Assembly (NCBI GenBank): GCA_039799225.1
Contig: JBDLTF010000005.1
Location: 2,884-66,883 of the forward strand
DNA: 64,000 bases
Direction of reading: 5' to 3'
Source: Candidatus Parcubacteria bacterium
GTDB taxonomy: Bacteria; Patescibacteriota; Minisyncoccia; Phycocordibacterales; PALSA-1337
Both the position numbers and the translations under genes were made by a program. The stretch's first letter is position 1. Each line of letters starts with the position of its first letter. The notes below the pieces were generated by a model. The model was not told where the DNA came from and made no database searches. It worked only from the letters and a program-made list of their open reading frames with translations. Of the stretch, positions 45,300 to 54,510 are shown piece by piece.

Positions 45300-47528
45300 C
45301 TACTTAGGCCACTCTGAAACAATGAGCATACTGCCCTTCTGATCTATATCAGACCACATCTCTTCGGTCACATAAGGCATGAATGGATGAAGTGCCTGAA
45401 CAATAGTACGGAATGCCCTCAAGAGGAACTGGATACGCGAAACCATGGCCTTTTTGTCATCACCAGCGATGATTGGCTTACTTTCTTCAAGAATAATGTC
45501 TGCGAATTCATGCCATGCGTAGTGATAGAGCTTCTCACCGACAAGATAAAACTTATATTCCTCCATTTCTTTGGTAATTTCTGCCATGAGATCATCCAAT
45601 TTCTTCACGTGTGCGGCGTCTGCAGGAGTCCAATCGCTGAAATGAGGATCGAACTCAACTTTTTCTGCGGTAAAGTCAGACTTCCCTGCCTCGCGGTCAT
45701 AGCGTTCACCTTCTGCGGCCGAAATAACGAAACGAGCGATGTTCCAGAGCTTGTTGGAGAAATTTTTGTAGCCTTTGACCTTGTCTTCAGACAATTTCAA
45801 GTCATTTCCGGGACCAGTACCGATAATAAGTGAGAGACGCGTCGCATCTGCACCATATTTCGCAATCATATCGAGAGGATCAATGATGTTATCGAGTGAC
45901 TTGGACATTTTCCTGCCCTTGCCGTCGCGAACAAGACCGTGGAGATACACTGTCTTGAATGGCACATCGCCAATAAGACATCCCGTCATGAGCACCATAC
46001 GAGCCACCCAGAAGAAAAGAATGTCATAGCCAGTCTCAAGCACTGCTGTCGGATGGAAGACCTTCAAATCCTCAGTCTGATCAGGCCAGCCGAGCGTCGA
46101 GAAGGTCCAGAGACCTGATGAGAACCAAGTATCGAGCGTATCTTCGTCCTGAGTCCATCCATCACCAGATGGTGCCTCGAGACCAACTGAAATTTCAGAC
46201 CCTTTGTACCACACAGGAACTCTGTGACCGTACCAGATCTGACGAGAAATACACCAATCCCTCAAATTATCGATCCAGTGGTAATAAATCTTCTCAAATC
46301 GCTCAGGAATTATTTTGATTGCACCTGATTCTACCGATGCACGCATGATTTGTTTCAAGGTTACTTCCTGACCCGATTTTATTCCCGGAATATTCGAATT
46401 TGGTATCTTGAATGGCTTATTAACCGCGATGAACCACTGCAATTTCGGCAACGGCTCAACAACACCACCTGTTCTTTCTGCAGTGGCGATATTCTGAGTG
46501 ATATCTTCAGTCTTCTCGAGCAAACCACTTTCTTCGAGCCACTTCACAATAGCTTCGCGCGCGGGACCGACTTTCAAACCAGCGACCTGGCCAGTGCCTG
46601 GCATCATTTTTGCAAACTCATCGATGACCTGGACCGAATTCAAGCTATGACGTGAAGCAATATCCGCGTCAGTCGAACTATGAGCCGGTGTTACTCCGAC
46701 CGCACCTGTGCCAAACTCAGGATCAACAGCATCATCAGCAACTATCTTTATAGAAATCTGCGCTCCAGCGAAATCAGCCTTGAATTCCTGGCCGACATAC
46801 TTCTTGTAGCGTACATCTTCAGGATGCACGGCGACCGCAACATCACCCACTTTGGTCTCGGGACGAGTCGTGGCGATGGATATAGGAAAATCCTTGGAAT
46901 ATTTGAATGTATACAGCTTTGCTTTGCGCTCCTCATACACGATTTCATCATCGGAAATGGTGGTCTGTCCTTTTGGATCCCAATTCACGATACGGTGGCC
47001 GCGATAGATGAGACCGAGCTCATGCATGGTCTTGAATGCAGTGCGGACAGCACGGGTACGCTTCTCATCGAGGGTGAATGCCTCACGAGACCAATCAATA
47101 GACGCACCCATCTTGCGGACCTGATTGACGATGGTGTCATGGCTCGCTTGTGCAAAAGCATCCACACGCTTAAGGAATTCCTCACGACCAAGATCGTGGC
47201 GACGCTTGCCTTCTTTCTTCTCGATTTCCTTCTCCACTTTGGACTGTGTAGCAATAGCAGCGTGATCAGTACCAGGAAGCCAGAGTGTCTTGAAGCCCTG
47301 CATGCGCTTGTAGCGAATCATGATATCTTCGATAGCCAACATAGCGGCGTGACCCATATGGAGGGTTCCTGTCACATTTGGCGGCGGAAGAACGATGGAG
47401 TATGGTTCACCTTTTTGATTGCGCTCTGGCAATGTGTCGGGATTGAAAAAACCACTCTCTTCCCAGAGTTTGTAGATGCGGTCTTCGGTCGCCTGCGGAT
47501 CGTAGGGCTTGAGGAATTTCTGATTCAT
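45300..47528 (-). CDS. valS: valyl-tRNA synthetase (compact form)
   Basis: HIGH region PPPNVTGTLHMGHA, KMSKS. 742 aa, lacking the long C-terminal coiled coil. Confidence 0.9.
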   Translation of the reverse strand: MNQKFLKPYDPQATEDRIYKLWEESGFFNPDTLPERNQKGEPYSIVLPPPNVTGTLHMGHAAMLAIEDIMIRYKRMQGFKTLWLPGTDHAAIATQSKVEKEIEKKEGKRRHDLGREEFLKRVDAFAQASHDTIVNQVRKMGASIDWSREAFTLDEKRTRAVRTAFKTMHELGLIYRGHRIVNWDPKGQTTISDDEIVYEERKAKLYTFKYSKDFPISIATTRPETKVGDVAVAVHPEDVRYKKYVGQEFKADFAGAQISIKIVADDAVDPEFGTGAVGVTPAHSSTDADIASRHSLNSVQVIDEFAKMMPGTGQVAGLKVGPAREAIVKWLEESGLLEKTEDITQNIATAERTGGVVEPLPKLQWFIAVNKPFKIPNSNIPGIKSGQEVTLKQIMRASVESGAIKIIPERFEKIYYHWIDNLRDWCISRQIWYGHRVPVWYKGSEISVGLEAPSGDGWTQDEDTLDTWFSSGLWTFSTLGWPDQTEDLKVFHPTAVLETGYDILFFWVARMVLMTGCLIGDVPFKTVYLHGLVRDGKGRKMSKSLDNIIDPLDMIAKYGADATRLSLIIGTGPGNDLKLSEDKVKGYKNFSNKLWNIARFVISAAEGERYDREAGKSDFTAEKVEFDPHFSDWTPADAAHVKKLDDLMAEITKEMEEYKFYLVGEKLYHYAWHEFADIILEESKPIIAGDDKKAMVSRIQFLLRAFRTIVQALHPFMPYVTEEMWSDIDQKGSMLIVSEWPK

Positions 47529-47558
47529 GGCGATATCGCCAGTAACTCTAGCAAAAAA

Positions 47559-47966
47559 TTACGCCTCTGGCGACTTCTTGCGTGCAAGATAAGCGTCGAT
47601 TGAAAGCATTGTTGGGCCATTAAGAAACACTGAGAGTGTAGCGAGAGCAAGGCCGAAATCACGCACACCGGTCGGACCATATCCAACTGCACCTATGATA
47701 CTAGTCATATGTAGAGCAAGAATTAATGACGCGGGACGCGTGAAGAATCCGAGAAGCAGACAAATACCGAGCACTACTTCCATCGCTCCGTTGAGGTGTA
47801 CGAGTGTAGTTGGAGACATGCCACTAATAGATGTGACAAATTCAGGGACGAGCCTAATCCAACTCGATGCGTCAGTCAATTGCTGGAAACCAAACCAGAG
47901 AAACACGAGGGACATGGCTATGCGGAGAACTACAGGTCCACTTTCCTTCATAGTAAATGATTTCAT
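47559..47966 (-). CDS. DoxX family membrane protein
   Basis: 4-TM, 135 aa, LRIAMSLVFLWFGFQQL DoxX-like N-terminus. Confidence 0.7.
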   Translation of the reverse strand: MKSFTMKESGPVVLRIAMSLVFLWFGFQQLTDASSWIRLVPEFVTSISGMSPTTLVHLNGAMEVVLGICLLLGFFTRPASLILALHMTSIIGAVGYGPTGVRDFGLALATLSVFLNGPTMLSIDAYLARKKSPEA

Positions 47967-47977
47967 ATATGTAGTAG

Positions 47978-48379
47978 TTACTGTCCGAGTAATCCTATCT
48001 TGAATCCGGCGAGCTCATTTGCTGGACGACGTTCGCCGCCGTGTTGATCATTAAATGCAGATGAGCCATCTTTGCCACAGATACTCAAGATTGCCCCTTC
48101 ACCACCAGGATGTCGGCCAATCCATGAAGTAAGGTCGTACACACTACCGTTGATAGCACTCCAACAGCTTGAAGCATTATTATGCGTTGCGACTTCAGTC
48201 ATTCCATACATCTTCATGCGAGATGTATCAGTCGTAGTAGTCGACTCGGGTGTGGATGAGACAATATCTTGTCCTTGAGGTTGATAATCGGATTGATTAC
48301 CCGAGCTGGTCGCGAGAACTATGCCGATAATCGCAACGAGAGCAATCACGATGAATATGATGACTGATTTTTTTGACAT
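47978..48379 (-). CDS. membrane-anchored cytochrome b5-like heme/steroid-binding domain protein
   Basis: N-terminal TM. HPGG motif (WIGRHPGGEGAILSICGKDGSSAFNDQHGG) is the cyt b5 fold signature. Confidence 0.65.
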   Translation of the reverse strand: MSKKSVIIFIVIALVAIIGIVLATSSGNQSDYQPQGQDIVSSTPESTTTTDTSRMKMYGMTEVATHNNASSCWSAINGSVYDLTSWIGRHPGGEGAILSICGKDGSSAFNDQHGGERRPANELAGFKIGLLGQ

Positions 48380-48463
48380 GGATATGAGTTAGAACGAAGG
48401 TAATAACGTGCATTGAATTATATCATGCGTGAGATATATACGACTGTAAGCAATTTTTTGGTG

Positions 48464-48493
48464 CAAAAATACCCCATTGCTGGGGTATTTTTG
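48464..48493. terminator. rho-independent terminator downstream of csp
   Basis: CAAAAATACCCCATTGCTGGGGTATTTTTG. Confidence 0.7.
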
Positions 48494-48514
48494 TTAAAGA
48501 TATCTAACGCGGTA

Positions 48515-48715
48515 TTATACGCGCTTGACGCTCTTTGCGCTTGGGCCCTTGTCGCCCTGGACTACTTCGAAAGTGACGGTGTCACCTGTGCGAAGCTCAT
48601 CGAAAGAGACGCCCTGGAGATCATTGGAGTGGAAGAAAAGGTCCTTTGCTTCGCCTTCGCGGGCAATGAATCCGAATCCCTTGTCCGTGATGGTCTTGAT
48701 TGTTCCTGTCATCAT
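48515..48715 (-). CDS. cspA: cold-shock protein (CspA family)
   Basis: GTIKTITDKGFGFIAREGEAKDLFFH with RNP1/RNP2 motifs. 66 aa. Long 5' UTR with a TATAAT-like -10 around 48945-48950. Confidence 0.9.
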   Translation of the reverse strand: MMTGTIKTITDKGFGFIAREGEAKDLFFHSNDLQGVSFDELRTGDTVTFEVVQGDKGPSAKSVKRV

Positions 48716-48978
48716 GTGAGTTTTTGCTTGTTACTACTATTTCGCAGAAAGTCGACGCTTTTCTTTGCCTGCACATACTAGCACAGTATGGGGATAATAG
48801 ATAGCAAGGAGGGTCGGCCTGAGGGGAATCTCGCCTTACAGGCGCGGTACAGGCTTCACATTTTCTCGGAGCGAAGCTCCTCGAAAATATGTTCAGCCTC
48901 TTCGATTCCCCGAGGCGCTCGCGCGCAGGCGCGAGCTTGGTGCAATTAGATTATACTTACAAAAGTGAGACTACCGAG

Positions 48979-49050
48979 TAGCCCTACGGGGAATCGAACC
49001 CCGATTACTGCCTTGAGAAGGCAATGTCCTAACCGTTAGACGATAGGGCC
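48979..49050 (-). tRNA. tRNA-Glu (anticodon CUC)
   Basis: 72-nt cloverleaf GGCCCTA TC GTCT AACGGTTA GGAC A TTGCC TTCTCAA GGCAG TAAT CGGGG TTCGATT CCCCG TAGGGCT A. Anticodon loop TTCTCAA. Confidence 0.75.
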
Positions 49051-49074
49051 GTGAATATAGTTATAACCCAAAAC

Positions 49075-50418
49075 TTACTTCTTATCAAGCCACTCAGGCT
49101 CCTGGCGCACCAAGAGCTCCCCTGCCTGCTCAGGATTGTTCATAAGGGCTGTTACTGTGCGTTCCATCCTCATAGACTGTGAACCCTTTATAAGAAGAAC
49201 ATCTCCTGTTTTTACAATCGGCTTGAGATATTCAGCTGCTTCAAGAGCAGTATCAAATGCATGGACTGCATCTGGTGCCATTCCTGACTTCAAAGCCTCA
49301 TCAGCTGTACCACGAGAACGTTGACCGACGGTGATGAGCATCTGCACGACACTGATAATTTCTTTACCAATAGAACGATGTTGTTCTGACGAATACTGTC
49401 CGAGCTCCATCATATCTGCGAGAACAGCAATCTTCGCACCAGATGTTTCAACACTCTTCAATGTGTGAAGTGCGGCAAGTGCGGCATCTGGAGAAGAGTT
49501 GTAGGTATCATCTATGATCGTCGATCCATTCATGCCAGGAATGAGGCGCATGCGACCCTTGGGAGCGTCATAACGATTGAGACCGTCGATAATTGCAGCA
49601 ACCGGAACATTCCGAGCCTGTCCCACAGCTGCAGCAGCGAGCAATGGATACATGTACGTCTTGCCGATGATTCCCTTGAGGTACACCGGCTGAGGAGCAC
49701 CATCTATTGTCATGGTGAATCCAAGACCAACAGGTACATTCTCAGCATAAGTAACCTGGTCATCAGAACCTTTCACTGATGCATTCTCAGCGATACCAAA
49801 TGAAATAACTTTTGGATTCTTCTCTTTGACGCGCTCGGCAATACTCATGACTTTCTCATTATCAGCAAAAAGAATAAGTGCTCCACCATTCTTGAGTGCA
49901 CCAGCAAGACTCGCCTTCTCTTCAAATACTTCTTCAGGAGATGCAAAAAATTCTACGTGAACTGGCGTAGTACTCACCTGTGTGATGACGACAATATCCG
50001 CACGGAGCCATGAAGCAACATTCTTGATGTCTCCTGGATGATCAGCGCCGATTTCGAGCACGAGAGTATCAGGATATTCTGTTTTCGAAATAATAAGCTT
50101 GAATCCTTCGGAAAGATTGTTCATCCAGCCCGAGAGACTCTTCCATGCGTTTGGAACACCGATGACCGTAAGTGGCAGACCGATTTCACTGTTCATACTC
50201 TTATCACTCTTCCTTACATAGCCGCCTTGATCCTTCAACACGCTGTAAATAGCGTCCTTCGTTGATGTTTTGCCGACACTACCAGTGACAGCCACGATGA
50301 ACGGTTTGTACTTGGCGATAATGAGGCGAGACTCGAGTTTGAGGAGGAATGCGACAGCTTTCTTGAGGAGATTCATAGGTTTTGGGCGTATTTGGCGGGT
50401 AGTGCGGGTGAATCTCAT
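49075..50418 (-). CDS. murF: Mur ligase, probably UDP-MurNAc-tripeptide--D-alanyl-D-alanine ligase
   Basis: ATP-binding AVTGSVGKTSTKD. Three-domain Mur ligase length (447 aa). dcw context next to ftsI. Confidence 0.75.
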   Translation of the reverse strand: MRFTRTTRQIRPKPMNLLKKAVAFLLKLESRLIIAKYKPFIVAVTGSVGKTSTKDAIYSVLKDQGGYVRKSDKSMNSEIGLPLTVIGVPNAWKSLSGWMNNLSEGFKLIISKTEYPDTLVLEIGADHPGDIKNVASWLRADIVVITQVSTTPVHVEFFASPEEVFEEKASLAGALKNGGALILFADNEKVMSIAERVKEKNPKVISFGIAENASVKGSDDQVTYAENVPVGLGFTMTIDGAPQPVYLKGIIGKTYMYPLLAAAAVGQARNVPVAAIIDGLNRYDAPKGRMRLIPGMNGSTIIDDTYNSSPDAALAALHTLKSVETSGAKIAVLADMMELGQYSSEQHRSIGKEIISVVQMLITVGQRSRGTADEALKSGMAPDAVHAFDTALEAAEYLKPIVKTGDVLLIKGSQSMRMERTVTALMNNPEQAGELLVRQEPEWLDKK

Positions 50419-50448
50419 TATAGTCGGATTTTGGGCAAAAAGAAAACC

Positions 50449-52155
50449 TTACCTATCCGGTGGCACGTTGTAATAATCCACCAAAAACTTGGTCAACTCA
50501 TGGAAAGGCTCTGCCAGAGTCTCAGACGCATACTGCGCGCCCTTCGGATGCTTCTGATAGAGGAACACGAGGAATTTCGCGTCATAGGCCGGGAAATAGC
50601 CGAAGAATGAGTGGAGGTATCTGTCGTCGAAATATTTCTTGCTCACTGGATCAGGGATCTGTGCAGTACCCGTCTTGGCAGCGACGCTGTAACCATCTAT
50701 CTTCAACGCACCATTGCGTAGAGAATTATCCACCACTTTGACCAGCATGCGCGTCACATCTTCAGAGCTTCCTTCTTTGAGCACACGCTTCCCTGCTCCG
50801 AAATCAAGTATCTTCTTGGTCCCATCGGTATAATCAATTTCTTTTGCGAAATGTGGCGTCATCAACATGCCGCCATTCGCCAAGACCGAAAGTGCGCGCA
50901 CAGTTTCAATCGGAGATATCGCAATACCCTGTCCGTAGGCAGCAGTCGCGATTTCGATATCACGACCAGACTTGAGGTTTGCGAGAAGACCGGTCGCTTC
51001 GTTGGGCTGGTCGACACCTGTTTTATCACCGAGACCAAAGCTGACGAAATAATCAATAAAATCATCCTTGCCTACCTTGAGTGCCACTGTAGCCGCACCA
51101 ATGTTGAGTGACTGACTCAATATTTCTTGCACATTGACCACGCCGCGCGCCCTGCCGTCGAAGTTCGATATCTTCTTGTTGTTGAGAGTCATCGTACCCG
51201 TATCGTCATAGGTCGAAGCTGTGGTGATCGCTCCCGAATCAAGACCTGTCGCAACAGTGAGTGGCTTCATGATGGATCCCATCTCGTATACATTTTCAAT
51301 AAGAGGATTGGATAGCACAGCCGCACTTGGAATCTTGGAGAGATCATTCGGGTCAAACGTTGGAAGAGCTGCTGCGGCAATAATTTCGCCTGTCTGAGGG
51401 TCTATGATGATACCCCCGATCTCATCAGGTCTCCACGACGCACTCGTCTTCGCCAATACCTTCTCGAGATATGCCTGCACAATCGGTTCAATGGTTGTCA
51501 CAATATCTCCTTCGCCTCCCATGTTTGTAGATCCGTCAGAATTTCCAAACAGTTGTGCGAAGAGTGAACCTCCCGCTGATGTGCCTGAACGTGAAAGCAC
51601 TTCGTTATATGCGCGCTCGAGTCCATACTTACCTTCGATCACACCAGCTTCACCCTCACCGATAATACCGATTACATGCGCAGCAGTTTCCCCTCCTGGA
51701 TATGAACGCTTACTCTCCTTGGCTACAGCGATGCCTGGTAATGCAATAGATTTGATAGATTGTGCAGTCTTCTCATCTACTTTGCGTGCAATCTCTTCAT
51801 ACGGATCGCTTGCGAATGTCGTCTTCATCATGAAGTCATCTTTGTCTATATCCATGTAGTGAGAGAGCGCCTCGTAGGTCCCTATACCGTCTGAAATCAA
51901 CTTCGGTGTCATCGAAACGATATAAGTGCTCGTGAGCGTAGCTGCTGCGGGACGAGTATCGTCCTTGCCACTCATGAAGATAGTCCCGCGATCGAAGAGA
52001 TGCGCGCCAGGACGATCATATTGCTTGTTAGCCTTCGCGAGATACGAAGAACTATTGGTGATCTGTATCGAGTAGAGTACTGCCACGAGCCCACATGCGA
52101 CCGCGATGATGCCGCCGAGGACGATTCGCGCGCGGAGTTTCTGATTAGAATCCAT
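50449..52155 (-). CDS. ftsI: penicillin-binding protein (class B transpeptidase, FtsI/PBP2-like)
   Basis: N-terminal TM, SxxK (GSIMKP), SxN (SLN), KTG (KTGTA). Confidence 0.85.
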   Translation of the reverse strand: MDSNQKLRARIVLGGIIAVACGLVAVLYSIQITNSSSYLAKANKQYDRPGAHLFDRGTIFMSGKDDTRPAAATLTSTYIVSMTPKLISDGIGTYEALSHYMDIDKDDFMMKTTFASDPYEEIARKVDEKTAQSIKSIALPGIAVAKESKRSYPGGETAAHVIGIIGEGEAGVIEGKYGLERAYNEVLSRSGTSAGGSLFAQLFGNSDGSTNMGGEGDIVTTIEPIVQAYLEKVLAKTSASWRPDEIGGIIIDPQTGEIIAAAALPTFDPNDLSKIPSAAVLSNPLIENVYEMGSIMKPLTVATGLDSGAITTASTYDDTGTMTLNNKKISNFDGRARGVVNVQEILSQSLNIGAATVALKVGKDDFIDYFVSFGLGDKTGVDQPNEATGLLANLKSGRDIEIATAAYGQGIAISPIETVRALSVLANGGMLMTPHFAKEIDYTDGTKKILDFGAGKRVLKEGSSEDVTRMLVKVVDNSLRNGALKIDGYSVAAKTGTAQIPDPVSKKYFDDRYLHSFFGYFPAYDAKFLVFLYQKHPKGAQYASETLAEPFHELTKFLVDYYNVPPDR

Positions 52156-52477
52156 GGCCCGCCAGAGCTACCTTGCCGAGCGAAGCGCGTGAGATGAAAG
52201 CCTTTACTGTCGCCTGATCGTATCCGTATGAGCGGATGGTATCTGGAGTGATGTTCTTGGAAATGCCGAGATATTGAGCGTCGAGAGCCTGGACTGACGC
52301 ATTGAGTGTCTTTGTCTCCTGAGCAATATTCTGGAGAGCTACTGTATGAGAAATGACGCGGTAGAGATTTGCCGCGTAGAACAACGCAGAGACGATGCAT
52401 GCCATAAGAAGCGCAGAGGTAATGCTCCTGCGGTACATGTGGGCTATCGTATAGGTCTGTGCGAGTGCTTTGGTCAT
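52145..52477 (-). CDS. ftsL: cell division protein FtsL-like
   Basis: Small bitopic protein (TM + coiled coil) between rsmH and ftsI. Overlaps the ftsI start by 11 nt. Confidence 0.55.
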   Translation of the reverse strand: MTKALAQTYTIAHMYRRSITSALLMACIVSALFYAANLYRVISHTVALQNIAQETKTLNASVQALDAQYLGISKNITPDTIRSYGYDQATVKAFISRASLGKVALAGHGF

Positions 52478-52498
52478 TGTGTTTGGAAAATATGTCTG

Positions 52499-53395
52499 TT
52501 ATTTCTCTAATATCCTCAATTTTGCGCTTCTTGATCTTGGATTCTCTGCTCGTTCCTGATCGGAAGCGACTAGTGGTTTCTTCGTAAGTATCTTCGAACC
52601 GTATAATGCTTTCTTTTTATAAAAATCTTTGACTATGCGATCTTCGAGGCTGTGGAATGAGATGATTGCCATGCGTCCGCCTGTCGTGAGTGCTGTGTAT
52701 CCCTTGTCCAAACCTTCCTTGAGCGCATTAAGCTCATCGTTGACCGCTATGCGTAGTGCCTGGAATGTTCTCGTAGCCGGGTGTATCTTGCCTCTCTTAT
52801 AAAATCCCGGAACTGACGATGAAATGATCTCCGCAAGCTCGAGTGTCGTCTCTATCTGCTTCTTGGCTCGGTATCCGATGATTGCTCGAGCGATGCGTCG
52901 TGCAAACTTCTCTTCTCCGTATCCGAATATCACATCCGCGATAACTCCTTCTTCCCATTCATTGACGATTGTTCGTGCAGTGAACGGATATTTCTTCGGA
53001 TCACCCATAGTCATGAGGAGCGGCTCATCTTTCTGGAACGTGAATCCTCTGCCCGAGTTGTCCAACTCATCCGAAGATATCCCGAGATCAAGCAAGAAGA
53101 GGTCTATTCCCTCGATACTGTGCTTCTTGAGCACCTGATCGAGCATACGATAGTCCTGATTCTCGAGAATGACCTTGTCAGCCTTGCCCTGCAATGACTT
53201 CTCAGCTCTCTGTACCGCTTGAAGGTCTCTGTCGAGACCGATAACGGTCAGTTTGCCGCTGAAAGCCTTGGTCATGGCGAGCATATGTCCTGCTCCACCG
53301 AGGGTGCCGTCGAGATAGACGGGGTTGGATCGATTCGAAGCTTTGAATGCCTCTACGATCTCGTGTAAAAGAACGGGTTCATGGACTGTATCCAT
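52499..53395 (-). CDS. rsmH: 16S rRNA (cytosine1402-N4)-methyltransferase
   Basis: YLDGTLGGAGH SAM-binding motif. dcw position after mraZ. Confidence 0.9.
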   Translation of the reverse strand: MDTVHEPVLLHEIVEAFKASNRSNPVYLDGTLGGAGHMLAMTKAFSGKLTVIGLDRDLQAVQRAEKSLQGKADKVILENQDYRMLDQVLKKHSIEGIDLFLLDLGISSDELDNSGRGFTFQKDEPLLMTMGDPKKYPFTARTIVNEWEEGVIADVIFGYGEEKFARRIARAIIGYRAKKQIETTLELAEIISSSVPGFYKRGKIHPATRTFQALRIAVNDELNALKEGLDKGYTALTTGGRMAIISFHSLEDRIVKDFYKKKALYGSKILTKKPLVASDQERAENPRSRSAKLRILEK

Positions 53396-53397
53396 GG

Positions 53398-53838
53398 CTA
53401 TTTGGTTTCTGGTTTACCTAGGTTCTCGGCGAGCTCGTCTGCACGAGACTCAACTTCGTTCACATAGGCATCCCATGCAGCTTCATTCCACAACTCGACG
53501 CGATCTTTCACGCCGACGAAGACGACCGTGGATTCGAGGTTGGCGCGGTGGCGCAAGCGTTCGGGGAGAAGCATGCGACCCACTGCGTCAACCTCGACTT
53601 CAACCGCCCTGCCCAAGAGGTAGCGGTTGAAGCCGCGATTGTCCGCCTGCAACATCGAGGATTCAGACATCGACAAGCGACCCGAGACTTTTTCCCACTC
53701 GTCCACCGTAAAGATGAAGAGGCAGGAGTCCAAGCCTGGGGTCACCACCACTCGCTTCCCCATTTCCTTTCGGAATTTGGATGGAAGCGACAGGCGGTTC
53801 TTGTCGTCGATAGTGTGCCTGTATTCCCCGATGAGCAT
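53398..53838 (-). CDS. mraZ: transcriptional regulator MraZ
   Basis: MLIGEYRHTIDDKNRLSLPSKFR. Duplicated DXXXR motif. Confidence 0.9.
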   Translation of the reverse strand: MLIGEYRHTIDDKNRLSLPSKFRKEMGKRVVVTPGLDSCLFIFTVDEWEKVSGRLSMSESSMLQADNRGFNRYLLGRAVEVEVDAVGRMLLPERLRHRANLESTVVFVGVKDRVELWNEAAWDAYVNEVESRADELAENLGKPETK

Positions 53839-53884
53839 TGTGTGCGGGAGGTGAAGGGGCGTTATTTATAAATTTACCACTTCA

Positions 53885-53925
53885 TCCCACTTGATGGATA
53901 TTATATCCCACTTTGACCTTTTTTG
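53885..53925 (-). promoter_or_regulatory. mraZ promoter region with phased GTGGG(A) repeats (candidate MraZ operator) and TATAAT
   Basis: Minus strand: GTGGGATATAATATCCATCAAGTGGGATGAAGTGGTA. Repeats spaced 20 and 10 nt apart. The -10 lies between the repeats. Confidence 0.45.
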
Positions 53926-53952
53926 ATACAAATAAAAGATGTGGATAACCCG

Positions 53953-54003
53953 AGATGTACTATCTCGGAGCAATCCTCGGATGAGGATAACCCACGAACA
54001 AAT
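53953..54003. repeat. structured 50-nt element, copy B
   Basis: GGATAACCCGAGATGTACTATCTCGGAGCAATCCTCGGATGAGGATAACCC. Hairpin-1 stem CCGAGAT/ATCTCGG against CCGAGGT/ACCTCGG in copy A. Confidence 0.6.
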
Positions 54004-54007
54004 AATA

Positions 54008-54032
54008 CAAAAAACCGCCCGGAAAGGCGGTT
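54008..54032 (-). terminator. rho-independent terminator for the gene at 54049-54438
   Basis: On minus: AACCGCCTTTCCGGGCGGTTTTTTG. Confidence 0.7.
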
Positions 54033-54048
54033 GAAATTGCATTCATTA

Positions 54049-54438
54049 TCAAATAGTTCTTGCTGCAATAGACAAAAACTTATAAATGCCTCGCTTGAAG
54101 CGTGCGGGAGTCATAGGCTTTCCAAAATCGAATTCATCAGGCAATCGCAACTGCACGTTCGCCGCTCGCAACTCGGCTATCACTTCGTCCAAACCTTTAT
54201 CAAGCGCATGTCTCCTAACAATGTCTTGATACGCCTCCACCTGTGCTCGGCGAATCGGATATAGCAGCGCACATATAGCGACTTGCTCATCAGTCAGACC
54301 GACGGGTACGCGGAACGGACTGAAGAACATGTGCAAATCACCCTTCTTATGCTTCCTTTTGGTAAGTGCGAAGACCGTCTCATAATCGCCCATAACCACA
54401 TCTTGATTATATTCGAACGGCTTTTTCTTTCGAGCCAT
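54049..54438 (-). CDS. hypothetical protein
   Basis: 129-aa ORF with its own terminator. No family recognised. Confidence 0.45.
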   Translation of the reverse strand: MARKKKPFEYNQDVVMGDYETVFALTKRKHKKGDLHMFFSPFRVPVGLTDEQVAICALLYPIRRAQVEAYQDIVRRHALDKGLDEVIAELRAANVQLRLPDEFDFGKPMTPARFKRGIYKFLSIAARTI

Positions 54439-54510
54439 GAAAACCTTTCTCTTTGTTTGTTGAACTGTTTAATTTGATACTACACTCGTTTAGAGTGCTG
54501 TCAAACCAAC

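Noticed and set aside
39699-53958. Chromosomal origin (oriC) suggested by two perfect DnaA boxes TGTGGATAA at 39699-39707 and 53950-53958
   Set aside because: Two 9-mers in 128 kb of double-stranded sequence is close to random expectation, which is about 0.5. No clustered boxes, no AT-rich DUE, no dnaA/dnaN nearby. Both boxes belong to the repeated structured element or its flank.
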